Shown: positions 7,747-15,895, numbered from the stretch's first letter. The stretch: DNA of 33,237 nt from an uncultured Eubacteriales bacterium (GCA_964471145.1 CAYYGK010000003.1:1-33237); one strand, 5' to 3'. Translations and numbers: made by a program. The notes: a model not told the origin generated them from the letters alone.

Positions 7747-7785
7747 CAGGGAATAAATGCCACATAAAATGGTACATATTCCCTG
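7747..7785 (+). promoter_or_regulatory. 5'-leader stem-loop (9-bp perfect inverted repeat CAGGGAATA / TATTCCCTG, 21-nt loop)
   Basis: Read directly from the sequence. It lies immediately downstream of the candidate -10 box and 27 nt upstream of the ATG at 7812. Confidence 0.4.
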
Positions 7786-7811
7786 TTAAATCTGAGGCAG
7801 GAGATAAATAG

Positions 7812-9209
7812 ATGCACAGATCAAACAGGCAGGCTTTTACCAGTATAGTCAGCATGATACTGGATTTAGTTTTCTCAATACTGGCATACGGGGTCGCTCA
7901 CAATGCTGTCAGGCTGATTTACGGTATACAGGCATGCGATGCCTTCATCTGGGCCCTGATTACATACTTTCCTGTATACTTCCTTTCGATGTTTATTATG
8001 GAGATGTATGAGATGACGACATTCATATACCATGACAGGGTGATGAGGAATGTGATCCTCTCATGCCTTGCAGCCTCCCTGTTCTGTGTCGTGATGCTCC
8101 CGTTTATAAAGGAAAACCGTCATAACAGCAGCTTTTTGGGAATATTTATACTGACGGCAGTCTTTTTTATAGGAATGCAGAGGTATGTGATGCTGTTAAC
8201 TGTTGGAAGATACAGGAAACAGGGGCGAACCAGGGGCATACTTGTTGGCAGCTGCACCCTGGTGGAAAAGTATTTCTATTACCTTAAGAAGACCAGCATG
8301 AGCATAAGCATTACAGGGTACATACCGCTTGATGAAAAGGGGGGTACCGGTCCGGGCAGAAAGCTGGGGAGGCTTGACGAACTGGAGGACATCCTCAACA
8401 GCAATGTAGTGGACGAGGTGGTGTTTGCCCTGCCCAGAGACTACATGGGTGAGGTGGAAAGGCATGTTCTGCTGTGTGAGAGCAGGGGGCTGACCGTAAG
8501 GATAATACTGAACCTGTATGACTTAAGGATTTCAAGAAGCTTTGTGCACAGCGTTGGACCCATGCCGGTGCTTACCTATCATACCATAAGCCTGAACAGG
8601 TACCAGCTGGCGCTCAAAAGATGTGTGGACATAGCCGGAAGCCTTGTGGGAATCGCAATAACAGCCGTGATGTCTTTAGCTATTGCTCCTGCGGTGATAA
8701 TAGACTCAGGCAGGCCTGTTCTGTTCAGGCAGAAGAGGGTGGGGCAGAACGGAAGGGTATTTATGATGTACAAGTTCAGGTCAATGTGTGCCCGGGCTGA
8801 GGAAGAGAAAAAGAAGCTTGTGGCCAGGAATGAGATGAGCGGGGGGCTTATGTTCAAGATAAGGAACGACCCCAGGATCACAACGGTGGGGAGATTCCTT
8901 CGCAGGACCAGCCTTGACGAGCTGCCGCAGTTTGTAAATGTGCTAAGAGGGGAAATGAGCCTTGTGGGCACAAGGCCCCCGACAATTGATGAGGTAAAAA
9001 AGTATGACAGTGCGCATCACAGGAGGATAAGCATAAAGCCGGGTATTACAGGTTTGTGGCAGACCAGCGGCAGGAGCGGGATTAAGGATTTTGACGAGAT
9101 TGTCAGGCTGGATACGCAGTATATAGACAGCTGGTCGATTTGGAAGGACTTCCTTATAATATCCAGGACGCTAAAGACAATGTTTGCTCATAACAGGGGA
9201 GCATGTTGA
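7812..9209 (+). CDS. Polyprenyl-phosphate sugar-1-phosphate transferase (WbaP/EpsL-type priming glycosyltransferase)
   Basis: 465 aa with several N-terminal TM helices and a central Rossmann-like linker. The C-terminal sugar-transferase domain has [27 protein letters not shown] and KPGITGLWQ. An AGGAG RBS precedes the ATG. Confidence 0.9.
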   Translation: MHRSNRQAFTSIVSMILDLVFSILAYGVAHNAVRLIYGIQACDAFIWALITYFPVYFLSMFIMEMYEMTTFIYHDRVMRNVILSCLAASLFCVVMLPFIKENRHNSSFLGIFILTAVFFIGMQRYVMLLTVGRYRKQGRTRGILVGSCTLVEKYFYYLKKTSMSISITGYIPLDEKGGTGPGRKLGRLDELEDILNSNVVDEVVFALPRDYMGEVERHVLLCESRGLTVRIILNLYDLRISRSFVHSVGPMPVLTYHTISLNRYQLALKRCVDIAGSLVGIAITAVMSLAIAPAVIIDSGRPVLFRQKRVGQNGRVFMMYKFRSMCARAEEEKKKLVARNEMSGGLMFKIRNDPRITTVGRFLRRTSLDELPQFVNVLRGEMSLVGTRPPTIDEVKKYDSAHHRRISIKPGITGLWQTSGRSGIKDFDEIVRLDTQYIDSWSIWKDFLIISRTLKTMFAHNRGAC

Positions 9210-9239
9210 ACACGTACTGTGGAGGGGGGTATCTGCGAG

Positions 9240-9356
9240 GTGAAGAGGAACAACCTTATTGCAATAGCAATCTGCATAACTGCGATCATATACATATCTG
9301 TGACGCTGCTGGGCACGGAGAGGATATTCGAGGCGGTATCGATGATAGGAAGGTGA
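9240..9356 (+). CDS. Candidate 38-aa single-TM micropeptide (VKRNNLIAIAICITAIIYISVTLLGTERIFEAVSMIGR)
   Basis: GTG start 10 nt after GGAGGGGGG. It fills an otherwise empty 157-nt gap in a tightly packed operon and has a hydrophobic core. It is below the ORF-track size cut-off, and no homology evidence is available. Confidence 0.25.
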   Translation: MKRNNLIAIAICITAIIYISVTLLGTERIFEAVSMIGR

Positions 9357-9366
9357 AAGGGCATAT

Positions 9367-10269
9367 ATGATGAGAACAGCACCATTGTTTGTACTGGGCA
9401 AGCACAGGTCGGGTACTACATTCCTGGCCAATACCCTTGCAGCTCATCCCGGGATAGCAGGCGTATGCCATGAAATGCATGACGGCATCCACGAGAGCGG
9501 TTTCTTTTCGCATGCCGCTCCGCTGTTTGAGAGGATGAAGGGCATACCGGGGTACATTTGGTTTACCGAGGCGTTCTGCCGATCCGACTACTTCAGGCTG
9601 ACAGGGCTTGACGGCAGCGTGTTCTATGAAAAGATAACCGACAGCCCATATGAGTATTTCAGGGTGATGATGGACCGCTTTGCAGTGGGCAAAAAATACT
9701 GGATTGAGAAGACGCCCAACCACACCCTTCATGCGGACAACCTGGCCCGCAACTACCCCGACGCAAGGTTTATAGCCATCAGGAGGGGGTTTAAGGATGT
9801 ACTGCTCTCCGGAATTGTAATGACCATGAGGCATGACCGGAAAAGCGGAGAGAGGGAGAAGAGCAAGGCTTATTACATATTAAGGCTGTGCTTTGCATGC
9901 GCAGTGTATGACAGGGCACTTTCCAGGCACGTGGGGGACAGGCGTTTTCTGCATATAAGGTATGAGGACCTTGTAAGGGACACGGCGAATGTTTTAAGGC
10001 GTGTGTGCCGCTTTTTGGGCATCAGATACTCAGAAAGGCTGCTAAAAGCCAGGTACAGGAAAAACACAAGCTTTGACGGTATGGACAGGAACAAGCTGCT
10101 GGGGGGGGTTGAAATGCGGTGTGCGGTACTGCTGTACCACATGCTGCGTGCAGTACCTTTTGCGATTTCAGGCAGGGTGTACAGGGTTTTTGAGAGAAGG
10201 AGGCTTCCGTGGTGGTTCTACGGCTTCATAAGAAAGGAATACAACCTCAGGGGGGAGGATGCAGTTTGA
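9367..10269 (+). CDS. Sulfotransferase family protein (PAPS-dependent type), copy 1
   Basis: 5'-PSB-like loop GKHRSGTTFLANTL, 3'-PB-like element IRRGFKDVLLS, and a RYEDLV...LRRVCRFLGI block. Confidence 0.8.
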   Translation: MMRTAPLFVLGKHRSGTTFLANTLAAHPGIAGVCHEMHDGIHESGFFSHAAPLFERMKGIPGYIWFTEAFCRSDYFRLTGLDGSVFYEKITDSPYEYFRVMMDRFAVGKKYWIEKTPNHTLHADNLARNYPDARFIAIRRGFKDVLLSGIVMTMRHDRKSGEREKSKAYYILRLCFACAVYDRALSRHVGDRRFLHIRYEDLVRDTANVLRRVCRFLGIRYSERLLKARYRKNTSFDGMDRNKLLGGVEMRCAVLLYHMLRAVPFAISGRVYRVFERRRLPWWFYGFIRKEYNLRGEDAV

Positions 10270-11495
10270 AGGTGCTGTTTGTAAACAAGTTCCTCTACCC
10301 GCGGGCTGGTGCGGAGAGGTATATGTTCAGCCTGGCCGATGAGCTCAAGTCCCAGGGGCACCGAATTGCCTACTTTGGCATGGAGCATCAAAGAAACACG
10401 GTGAATACGGGCAGGAAGGACATAAACGTAAGCAGCAGGGACTTCAGGAATGCAGGGACACCCGGGATGCTTTTAAAGGCCCCCGCCACGGTGTATTCAA
10501 CCGAGGCCAGGAGAAAGATTGCAAGGGTGCTTAAGCTGGAGAAGCCGGACATTGTGCATTTAAACAATATAAACTACCAGCTTACGCCGTCCATAATATA
10601 TGAGATCCGAAAGGAAGGCGTGCCAATGGTGATGACACTGCATGATGCAAACATAGTGTGTCCCAACCACAGCCTTTACAACTACCAGAGAAATGAAATA
10701 TGTACAAGGTGCAGCGGGGGCAGTTAGATGGAGTGCATAAGGACAAGGTGCATACACGGATCGCTTCCAAAAAGCATAGCCGGTGCGGTTGAGGCTACTG
10801 TTTACAGGGGGCTGGGTGTCTACAGTAAGATAGATGTGCTTGTAAGCCCCAGCAGGTTCATGGCCGGGATTTTAAAAAAATTCGGGCTTTTACACCCTGA
10901 TGTAAGAGTTATGCACAACTTCCCGCCTGCGGTCAGGCAGCGTACAGCGGCGGCGGGGGAATATGTGCTGTACTTTGGCAGGCTGTGTATCTCAAAGGGC
11001 ATGGATGTGCTGAGGAAGGCAGCGCAGATGCTGCCGGACATACAGTTTGTTGTGGCGGGGGAGGGTGACTGGGGGCATATGCTTGACGGCTGCCCAAACA
11101 TAAGGAAGACGGGATACCTGTCGGGAGGGGATCTTATCGCCTGCCTGCTGGGGGCGCGCATGGTGGTTGTGCCGTCCAACTGGCACGAGAACTGTTCAAT
11201 GTCCATCCTTGAGGCAAAATCCTTCGGCCTGCCGGTGATAGCCTCCGACACAGGAGGCACACCGGAGATTGTAAGGCATGGCAGGGACGGATTTTTGTTC
11301 GAGAGGGGCAATGCCATACAGCTGGCCGGATACATTCAAAAGCTGTACCGTAACGTGGGTATGGCTGCAGGGTTCTCAATGGCTGCAAGGGCGTTTTGCC
11401 GGAGGAACCCGCTCAAGGCATACGCGGCAAAGATGGTGAATGTATACAGGAGGGCAGGTTCAAAGATACGGGAGGCGGAGTATGGGAGTATATGA
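10266..11495 (+). pseudogene. GT4-family glycosyltransferase interrupted by an in-frame TAG (halves 10266..10727 and 10728..11495)
   Basis: The N-half starts LKVLFVNKFLYPRAGAERYMF (TTG 10266, GGGGGAGG RBS, overlapping the upstream TGA) and has HLNNINYQLTPS and LHDANIVCPNH. TAG at 10725..10727 sits inside a Cys-rich motif (CTRCSGGS*MECIRTRC). The C-half starts at the next codon (ATG) and carries the donor-binding domain (ENCSMSILEAKSFGLPVIASDTGGTPEIVRHGRDGFLF). Together they make a normal GT-B protein of about 410 codons. Confidence 0.8.
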
Positions 11496-12792
11496 AGACA
11501 TTGTAGGGGGAAGCGGCAAGATAGCCGTCGTAGGACTTGGCTATGTGGGAATGCCGCTTGCATACGAGTTCGCAAAGAAGGTTCCTGTCATCGGGTTCGA
11601 TATAGACAGCAGAAAGATAGAATTGTATAGAAACGGAATTGACGTGACAGGGGAGATAGGGGGGGACATGCTGAGAAACAGCAGGATAGAGTTTACTTCC
11701 GACGAGGAGAGGCTCTCTGAAGCACTGTTTATTGTGGTGGCCGTTCCAACCCCCATAAACCGGGACAAGACGCCCGACCTTGAGCCCCTGCGGTCTGCTT
11801 CCGCTGTTGTGGGAAGGAACATGCCTGAAGAAGCAGTGGTGGTATTTGAATCCACTGTGTACCCGGGGGTGACCCGGGAGGTGTGCATGCCCATACTTGA
11901 GAGGGAATCGGGAATGAAGGCAGGAAAGGGATTCAAGGTGGGCTATTCCCCTGAGAGGATAAACCCGGGAGACAGGGAGCATACCTTGTCTTCCATAAAA
12001 AAGATAGTCTCGGGCATGGATGAACAAACTCTTGATGATGTGGCATCGGTGTACCGTCTGATTGTGGATGCGGGTGTTTACAGGGCACAGTCCATAAAGG
12101 TGGCGGAAGCCGCCAAGGTTATAGAGAACGCACAGAGGGACATAAACATAGCATTTATGAATGAGCTGTCCATCATATTCAACAGACTGGAGTTAGATAC
12201 ATCCCAGGTGCTTGAGGCAGCTGCCACCAAGTGGAACTTTTTAAATTTTTATCCTGGACTGGTGGGGGGCCACTGCATAGGGGTGGACCCGTACTACCTT
12301 TCCTACCGTGCTGAGATGACGGGGTACCACCCGCAGATAATACTCTCGGGCAGGAGGATAAACGACAGCATGGGCAAGTATGTGGCAGAGAACACCGTAA
12401 AGCAGCTTATAAGGTCGGGGCGTTCGGTGCTGGGCTCGAAAGTTCTTGTAATGGGGCTTACGTTCAAGGAAAACGTTCCGGATATCCGAAACACAAGGGT
12501 TACGGATGTTATAAAAGAGCTTGCCGAATACGGGGTTGAGGTGTATGTCAACGACCCGGTTGCTGACCGGGAGCAGGCCCGGAAGGAATACGGAACAGGA
12601 CTTGTTGAGCTAAAAGACGTGAGCAGAATTGACGCAATCGTGGTTGCGGTGGCACACAGGCAGTATTCACTGCTGTCGCTTGAAGACCTCAAGGGGATGT
12701 ACAATGACGGCAGGCTCATACTGGTTGACATAAAAGGGGTATTTGACAGGAAGCAGGCTGAGGAAAAGGGGTTTATATACTGGAGCCTGTAG
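11482..12792 (+). CDS. Nucleotide-sugar 6-dehydrogenase, TviB/WbpO/Cap5O-like (UDP-GlcNAc or UDP-ManNAc dehydrogenase)
   Basis: KIAVVGLGYVGMPLA NAD motif and catalytic-Cys block GLVGGHCIGVDPYYL. Start taken as ATG 11482 (GGAGGCGGAG RBS, 14-nt overlap with the upstream gene) rather than 11440. Confidence 0.85.
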   Translation: MGVYEDIVGGSGKIAVVGLGYVGMPLAYEFAKKVPVIGFDIDSRKIELYRNGIDVTGEIGGDMLRNSRIEFTSDEERLSEALFIVVAVPTPINRDKTPDLEPLRSASAVVGRNMPEEAVVVFESTVYPGVTREVCMPILERESGMKAGKGFKVGYSPERINPGDREHTLSSIKKIVSGMDEQTLDDVASVYRLIVDAGVYRAQSIKVAEAAKVIENAQRDINIAFMNELSIIFNRLELDTSQVLEAAATKWNFLNFYPGLVGGHCIGVDPYYLSYRAEMTGYHPQIILSGRRINDSMGKYVAENTVKQLIRSGRSVLGSKVLVMGLTFKENVPDIRNTRVTDVIKELAEYGVEVYVNDPVADREQARKEYGTGLVELKDVSRIDAIVVAVAHRQYSLLSLEDLKGMYNDGRLILVDIKGVFDRKQAEEKGFIYWSL

Positions 12793-12812
12793 GGAAAGGG
12801 GTTACGGATTAA

Positions 12813-13682
12813 ATGAAATGCAGCAATGTACTGTTTGTGACAGGCACAGGAAGGTGCGGCTCGTCGGTGTTCTTCGAGATACTCAGCGGGCATGAAGGCA
12901 TCATGTGGCTTGCCTCAAGCATGAACAGGAAATACAGTACCGCCGTTAACAGGAGGGGAGTGGTTTTAAGGGGGCTTGCAGGGGACGGTCTGCCGGGAAG
13001 GGCAGTGGGCAGCAGGTTCAGGCCTTCGGAGGCATACGGCTTCTGGAACCGGCACTTCCGGGGTTTTGCAGCTACTGCAAGGGATCTTGAGGAACATGAT
13101 GTCATGGAAGTGCAGAGGAAATCACTCCCGGATGCGTTCGGGGAAATGGTCACATCCAGAAGGGCAGTGATGGCCGCAAAGATAACCGGATGGCCCAGGA
13201 TAGGGTTTTTAAAGGAGATATTTCCGGAAGCAAGGTTTTTGCACATTGTAAGGGACGGCAGGGCGGTAGTTAATTCCATGCTCAACGTGGAGTTCTGGCA
13301 GGGCTGGAGGGGCCCGTGGAACTGGAGGATGGGCCTGCTTAAGCCGGAGGACGAGAAGGTGTGGATTGAGAACGGAAGGTCATATGCCATACTGGCTGCA
13401 CTGCAGTGGAATATGCTGATGGACAGGATGAGGGTGTGGAAACAAAGGTACCCCGGGCACATAATGGACATAAGGTATGAGGATATGTGTGCCCGCCCGG
13501 TCCAAACCTTTAAAAAGGCCCTGGAATTTGGCGGGGTGAAGTGGAGCCGAAGGTTTGAAGGCAGGTTAAAGTCATACCGGCTGAAAAATACCAATGACAA
13601 GTGGAAGGAAAACCTGCGGGGCCAGGAGGAGGTACTTGCAAAAGTAATGAGCAGGGGACTCAGGGAATATGGATATATGTGA
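12813..13682 (+). CDS. Sulfotransferase family protein (PAPS-dependent type), copy 2
   Basis: 5'-PSB-like GTGRCGSSVFFEIL, 3'-PB-like HIVRDGRAVVNSM, and a IRYEDMCARPVQTFKKALEFGGV block. It is only distantly related to copy 1. Confidence 0.75.
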   Translation: MKCSNVLFVTGTGRCGSSVFFEILSGHEGIMWLASSMNRKYSTAVNRRGVVLRGLAGDGLPGRAVGSRFRPSEAYGFWNRHFRGFAATARDLEEHDVMEVQRKSLPDAFGEMVTSRRAVMAAKITGWPRIGFLKEIFPEARFLHIVRDGRAVVNSMLNVEFWQGWRGPWNWRMGLLKPEDEKVWIENGRSYAILAALQWNMLMDRMRVWKQRYPGHIMDIRYEDMCARPVQTFKKALEFGGVKWSRRFEGRLKSYRLKNTNDKWKENLRGQEEVLAKVMSRGLREYGYM

Positions 13683-13697
13683 CAGGAGGGAAACCAA

Positions 13698-15179
13698 TTG
13701 AGTGTGAAGATGATATGCGCAGCAGCCGTAGTGCTGTTTGTAATACTGGCCAGCGCATGCCAGGGAGCATGTACCGTTGAGACAAGTGAATCAGAGATGG
13801 CTTTGGAGACAGGCAGATACATCCTCATAGATCACAGGTGCACCGATATTGACAGCATACCGGAGTACTGGGCCGACAGGGCCGCGGGCAGCCTGCATGT
13901 GGCATACGGGCACACCTCCCACGGCAGCCAGATAACGACAGGCATGGAGGGGCTGACCGAATTCAGGGGGGAGCCGTTCATCTACAGGAAATCCGGGGGC
14001 AGGGGTTCCATAGACCTAAGGGATAATCCGTTTAAGGGGGCCAAAGACCTGGGAAGCCCCGACAACCGCAGCTGGGCAGAAGCAACCGACAAGTACCTTA
14101 CCGGCAACAGCGACATAAACGTTGTAATGTGGTCATGGTGCGGGCAACTGTCCGGGGCGGATGATGAATACGTAGACACCTACCTGGAGTTGATGCAGTG
14201 GCTGGAGGAAAGGTATCCCGATGTGCTGTTCGTCTACATGACAGGGCACCTGGACGGTACGGGAGAGGACGGAAGGCTGAGGAAAAACAATGACAGGATA
14301 AGGAATTTCTGCATGGAAAACGGGAAGGTGCTGTATGACTTTGCAGATATTGAAAGCTACAACCCGGACGGGGAATACTTTGTGGACAGAAACGCAAACG
14401 ACAAGTGTTACTATGACAGCAACGGTGACGGAAAGCTCAATGCAAACTGGGGAAGGCAGTGGCAGAGGGAGCATACCGAAGGCATTGACTGGTACCAGTG
14501 TGAAGCGGCACATACCCAGCCGGTAAATGCCAACATGAAGGCATATGCCGCATGGTGGATGTTTTCCAGGGTTGCGGGCTGGGACGGAGAAGCGGCATCA
14601 TCTAAAGAGGAGAGCTGTGTATATTATGCAGACAGTCTGTGGCAGGCAGGGCTGCTGCGTGGAACAGCAACAGGTTTGAACCTTGACTGGGAACCTACCA
14701 GGTTAGAGGGTGCGGCCATGATAACCAGATTGCTGGGCGGGGAGAAGGAAGCCCTGGATGAGTCCTACAGTCATCCGTTTGCCGATGCGGCAGACGGCTG
14801 GGGAAGCCCTTATGTGGGATATCTTTACAGGTACGGCCTCACAAAGGGGGTATCGGCTGTCAGTTTCGGTGCGGCTCTTAACCTGAGGGCGGTGTCATAT
14901 GCAACGTATATGCTGAGAATACTGGGATACTCCGATGACCCTGCGGTGGGGGATTTCAGCTGGAGCACCGCACTTTCAAAGGCACAGGAAATAGGTGCCA
15001 TAGGGCCGGACTACAGGATAACGCTTGAGAGCGGGTTTAACAGGGGGCATATGGCCAGGATTACCTACAGGTTTTTGTTCCAGAAGCTTAAAGGAACAAA
15101 TCAGACACTATTGGACAAGCTGGTATCCGAGAATGTTGTGGACAGCAAAACAGCACAGAAACTGGTGAATAAGAGATGA
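13698..15179 (+). CDS. Secreted or lipid-anchored protein: uncharacterised N-terminal domain plus C-terminal SLH-like repeats
   Basis: TTG start 7 nt after AGGAGGG. Signal peptide with a lipobox-like ILASAC. The N-domain has conserved-looking blocks VAYGHTSHGSQ, VVMWSWCGQ and VYMTGHLDG. The C-terminal third contains SLH-like segments (HPFADAADGWGSPYVGYLYRYGLTKGVS...YATYMLRILGY). Confidence 0.6.
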   Translation: MSVKMICAAAVVLFVILASACQGACTVETSESEMALETGRYILIDHRCTDIDSIPEYWADRAAGSLHVAYGHTSHGSQITTGMEGLTEFRGEPFIYRKSGGRGSIDLRDNPFKGAKDLGSPDNRSWAEATDKYLTGNSDINVVMWSWCGQLSGADDEYVDTYLELMQWLEERYPDVLFVYMTGHLDGTGEDGRLRKNNDRIRNFCMENGKVLYDFADIESYNPDGEYFVDRNANDKCYYDSNGDGKLNANWGRQWQREHTEGIDWYQCEAAHTQPVNANMKAYAAWWMFSRVAGWDGEAASSKEESCVYYADSLWQAGLLRGTATGLNLDWEPTRLEGAAMITRLLGGEKEALDESYSHPFADAADGWGSPYVGYLYRYGLTKGVSAVSFGAALNLRAVSYATYMLRILGYSDDPAVGDFSWSTALSKAQEIGAIGPDYRITLESGFNRGHMARITYRFLFQKLKGTNQTLLDKLVSENVVDSKTAQKLVNKR

Positions 15180-15895
15180 ATGAGGCCATGATGGACAGGC
15201 GTATGAAAAAGAATCTGAAGAAATATGCGGTTATGATACTGGGCAGGATTTGGCTGCCCGTAATGCTGGCCGTACTGGCTGCCGGCTCTGTATATTTCAT
15301 AAAGAACAGAACTTACGAGGAGAAGTACAGGGCCAGGGTAAAGCTGATACTGGTAGCAGATGATGCGGGGCAGAGAGTAAACATATACGACCTGTTGAGG
15401 TCGTCGCAGATGGCCATGGGGGACATATGCGAAATAATCGACTCGGAAACGGTGCTGTCAGAGGTGCAGAAGGATTGCAGCGTGAGCCTTTCATACATAA
15501 GGCAGGTGCTTTCAATAGAGGCAATACCAAACACCAGGATATTAAACCTTACGGTACAGACAGGGACACCCGATAAGGCACTGATGCTGATAAGGTCACT
15601 GGAGAAAAACTTAAGGGAAAAACTTGTGGACATTGACGGAAATGTGACATACAGACTGCTCAGCGAGCCGCATGTAGACTCTCACCCCGTAAACGGCAAC
15701 CACACAATGCTGTATTCGGCGGCTGCCGCTGCCGGGGGGTTTCTTATCGGGTGCATTATAAACCTGCTTCTTGCCGAGTTTAAGATAGGGATTAAGAGCC
15801 TGAATGAAGTAAGCCTGCTGTTTGAAGGGAAGAAGATACTGCCGGTACCAGGGTACAGGCCTGTAAAAGCAGGACAGGAGGGTGACGGGCTGTGA
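15176..15895 (+). CDS. Second, divergent Wzz/PCP-like membrane protein
   Basis: ATGA overlap with the upstream gene. It has the two-TM topology of PCP proteins (N-terminal YAVMILGRIWLPVMLAVLAAGSVYFI, C-terminal AAAAAGGFLIGCIINLLLAEF) with a soluble domain of about 150 aa between them. A Pro-containing segment lies before TM2. Confidence 0.55.
   Translation: MNEAMMDRRMKKNLKKYAVMILGRIWLPVMLAVLAAGSVYFIKNRTYEEKYRARVKLILVADDAGQRVNIYDLLRSSQMAMGDICEIIDSETVLSEVQKDCSVSLSYIRQVLSIEAIPNTRILNLTVQTGTPDKALMLIRSLEKNLREKLVDIDGNVTYRLLSEPHVDSHPVNGNHTMLYSAAAAAGGFLIGCIINLLLAEFKIGIKSLNEVSLLFEGKKILPVPGYRPVKAGQEGDGL

Noticed and set aside
7617-7817. 66-aa minus-strand ORF in the intergenic region upstream of the priming transferase
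   Set aside because: It has no RBS. Its start overlaps the plus-strand start codon region, and the sequence is better explained by promoter and leader elements.
10725-10727. In-frame TAG as a pyrrolysine or programmed readthrough codon
   Set aside because: There are no pyl genes and no downstream PYLIS-like context in the window. Glycosyltransferases are not known Pyl proteins. A nonsense mutation, sequencing error or split gene is more parsimonious.
12809-13828. 339-aa minus-strand ORF
   Set aside because: It is entirely antisense to the well-supported sulfotransferase 2 and the start of the SLH-like gene. The translation is low-complexity and Ser/Leu/Pro-rich with no recognisable motifs or RBS. 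This is typical of a shadow ORF opposite a coding region.
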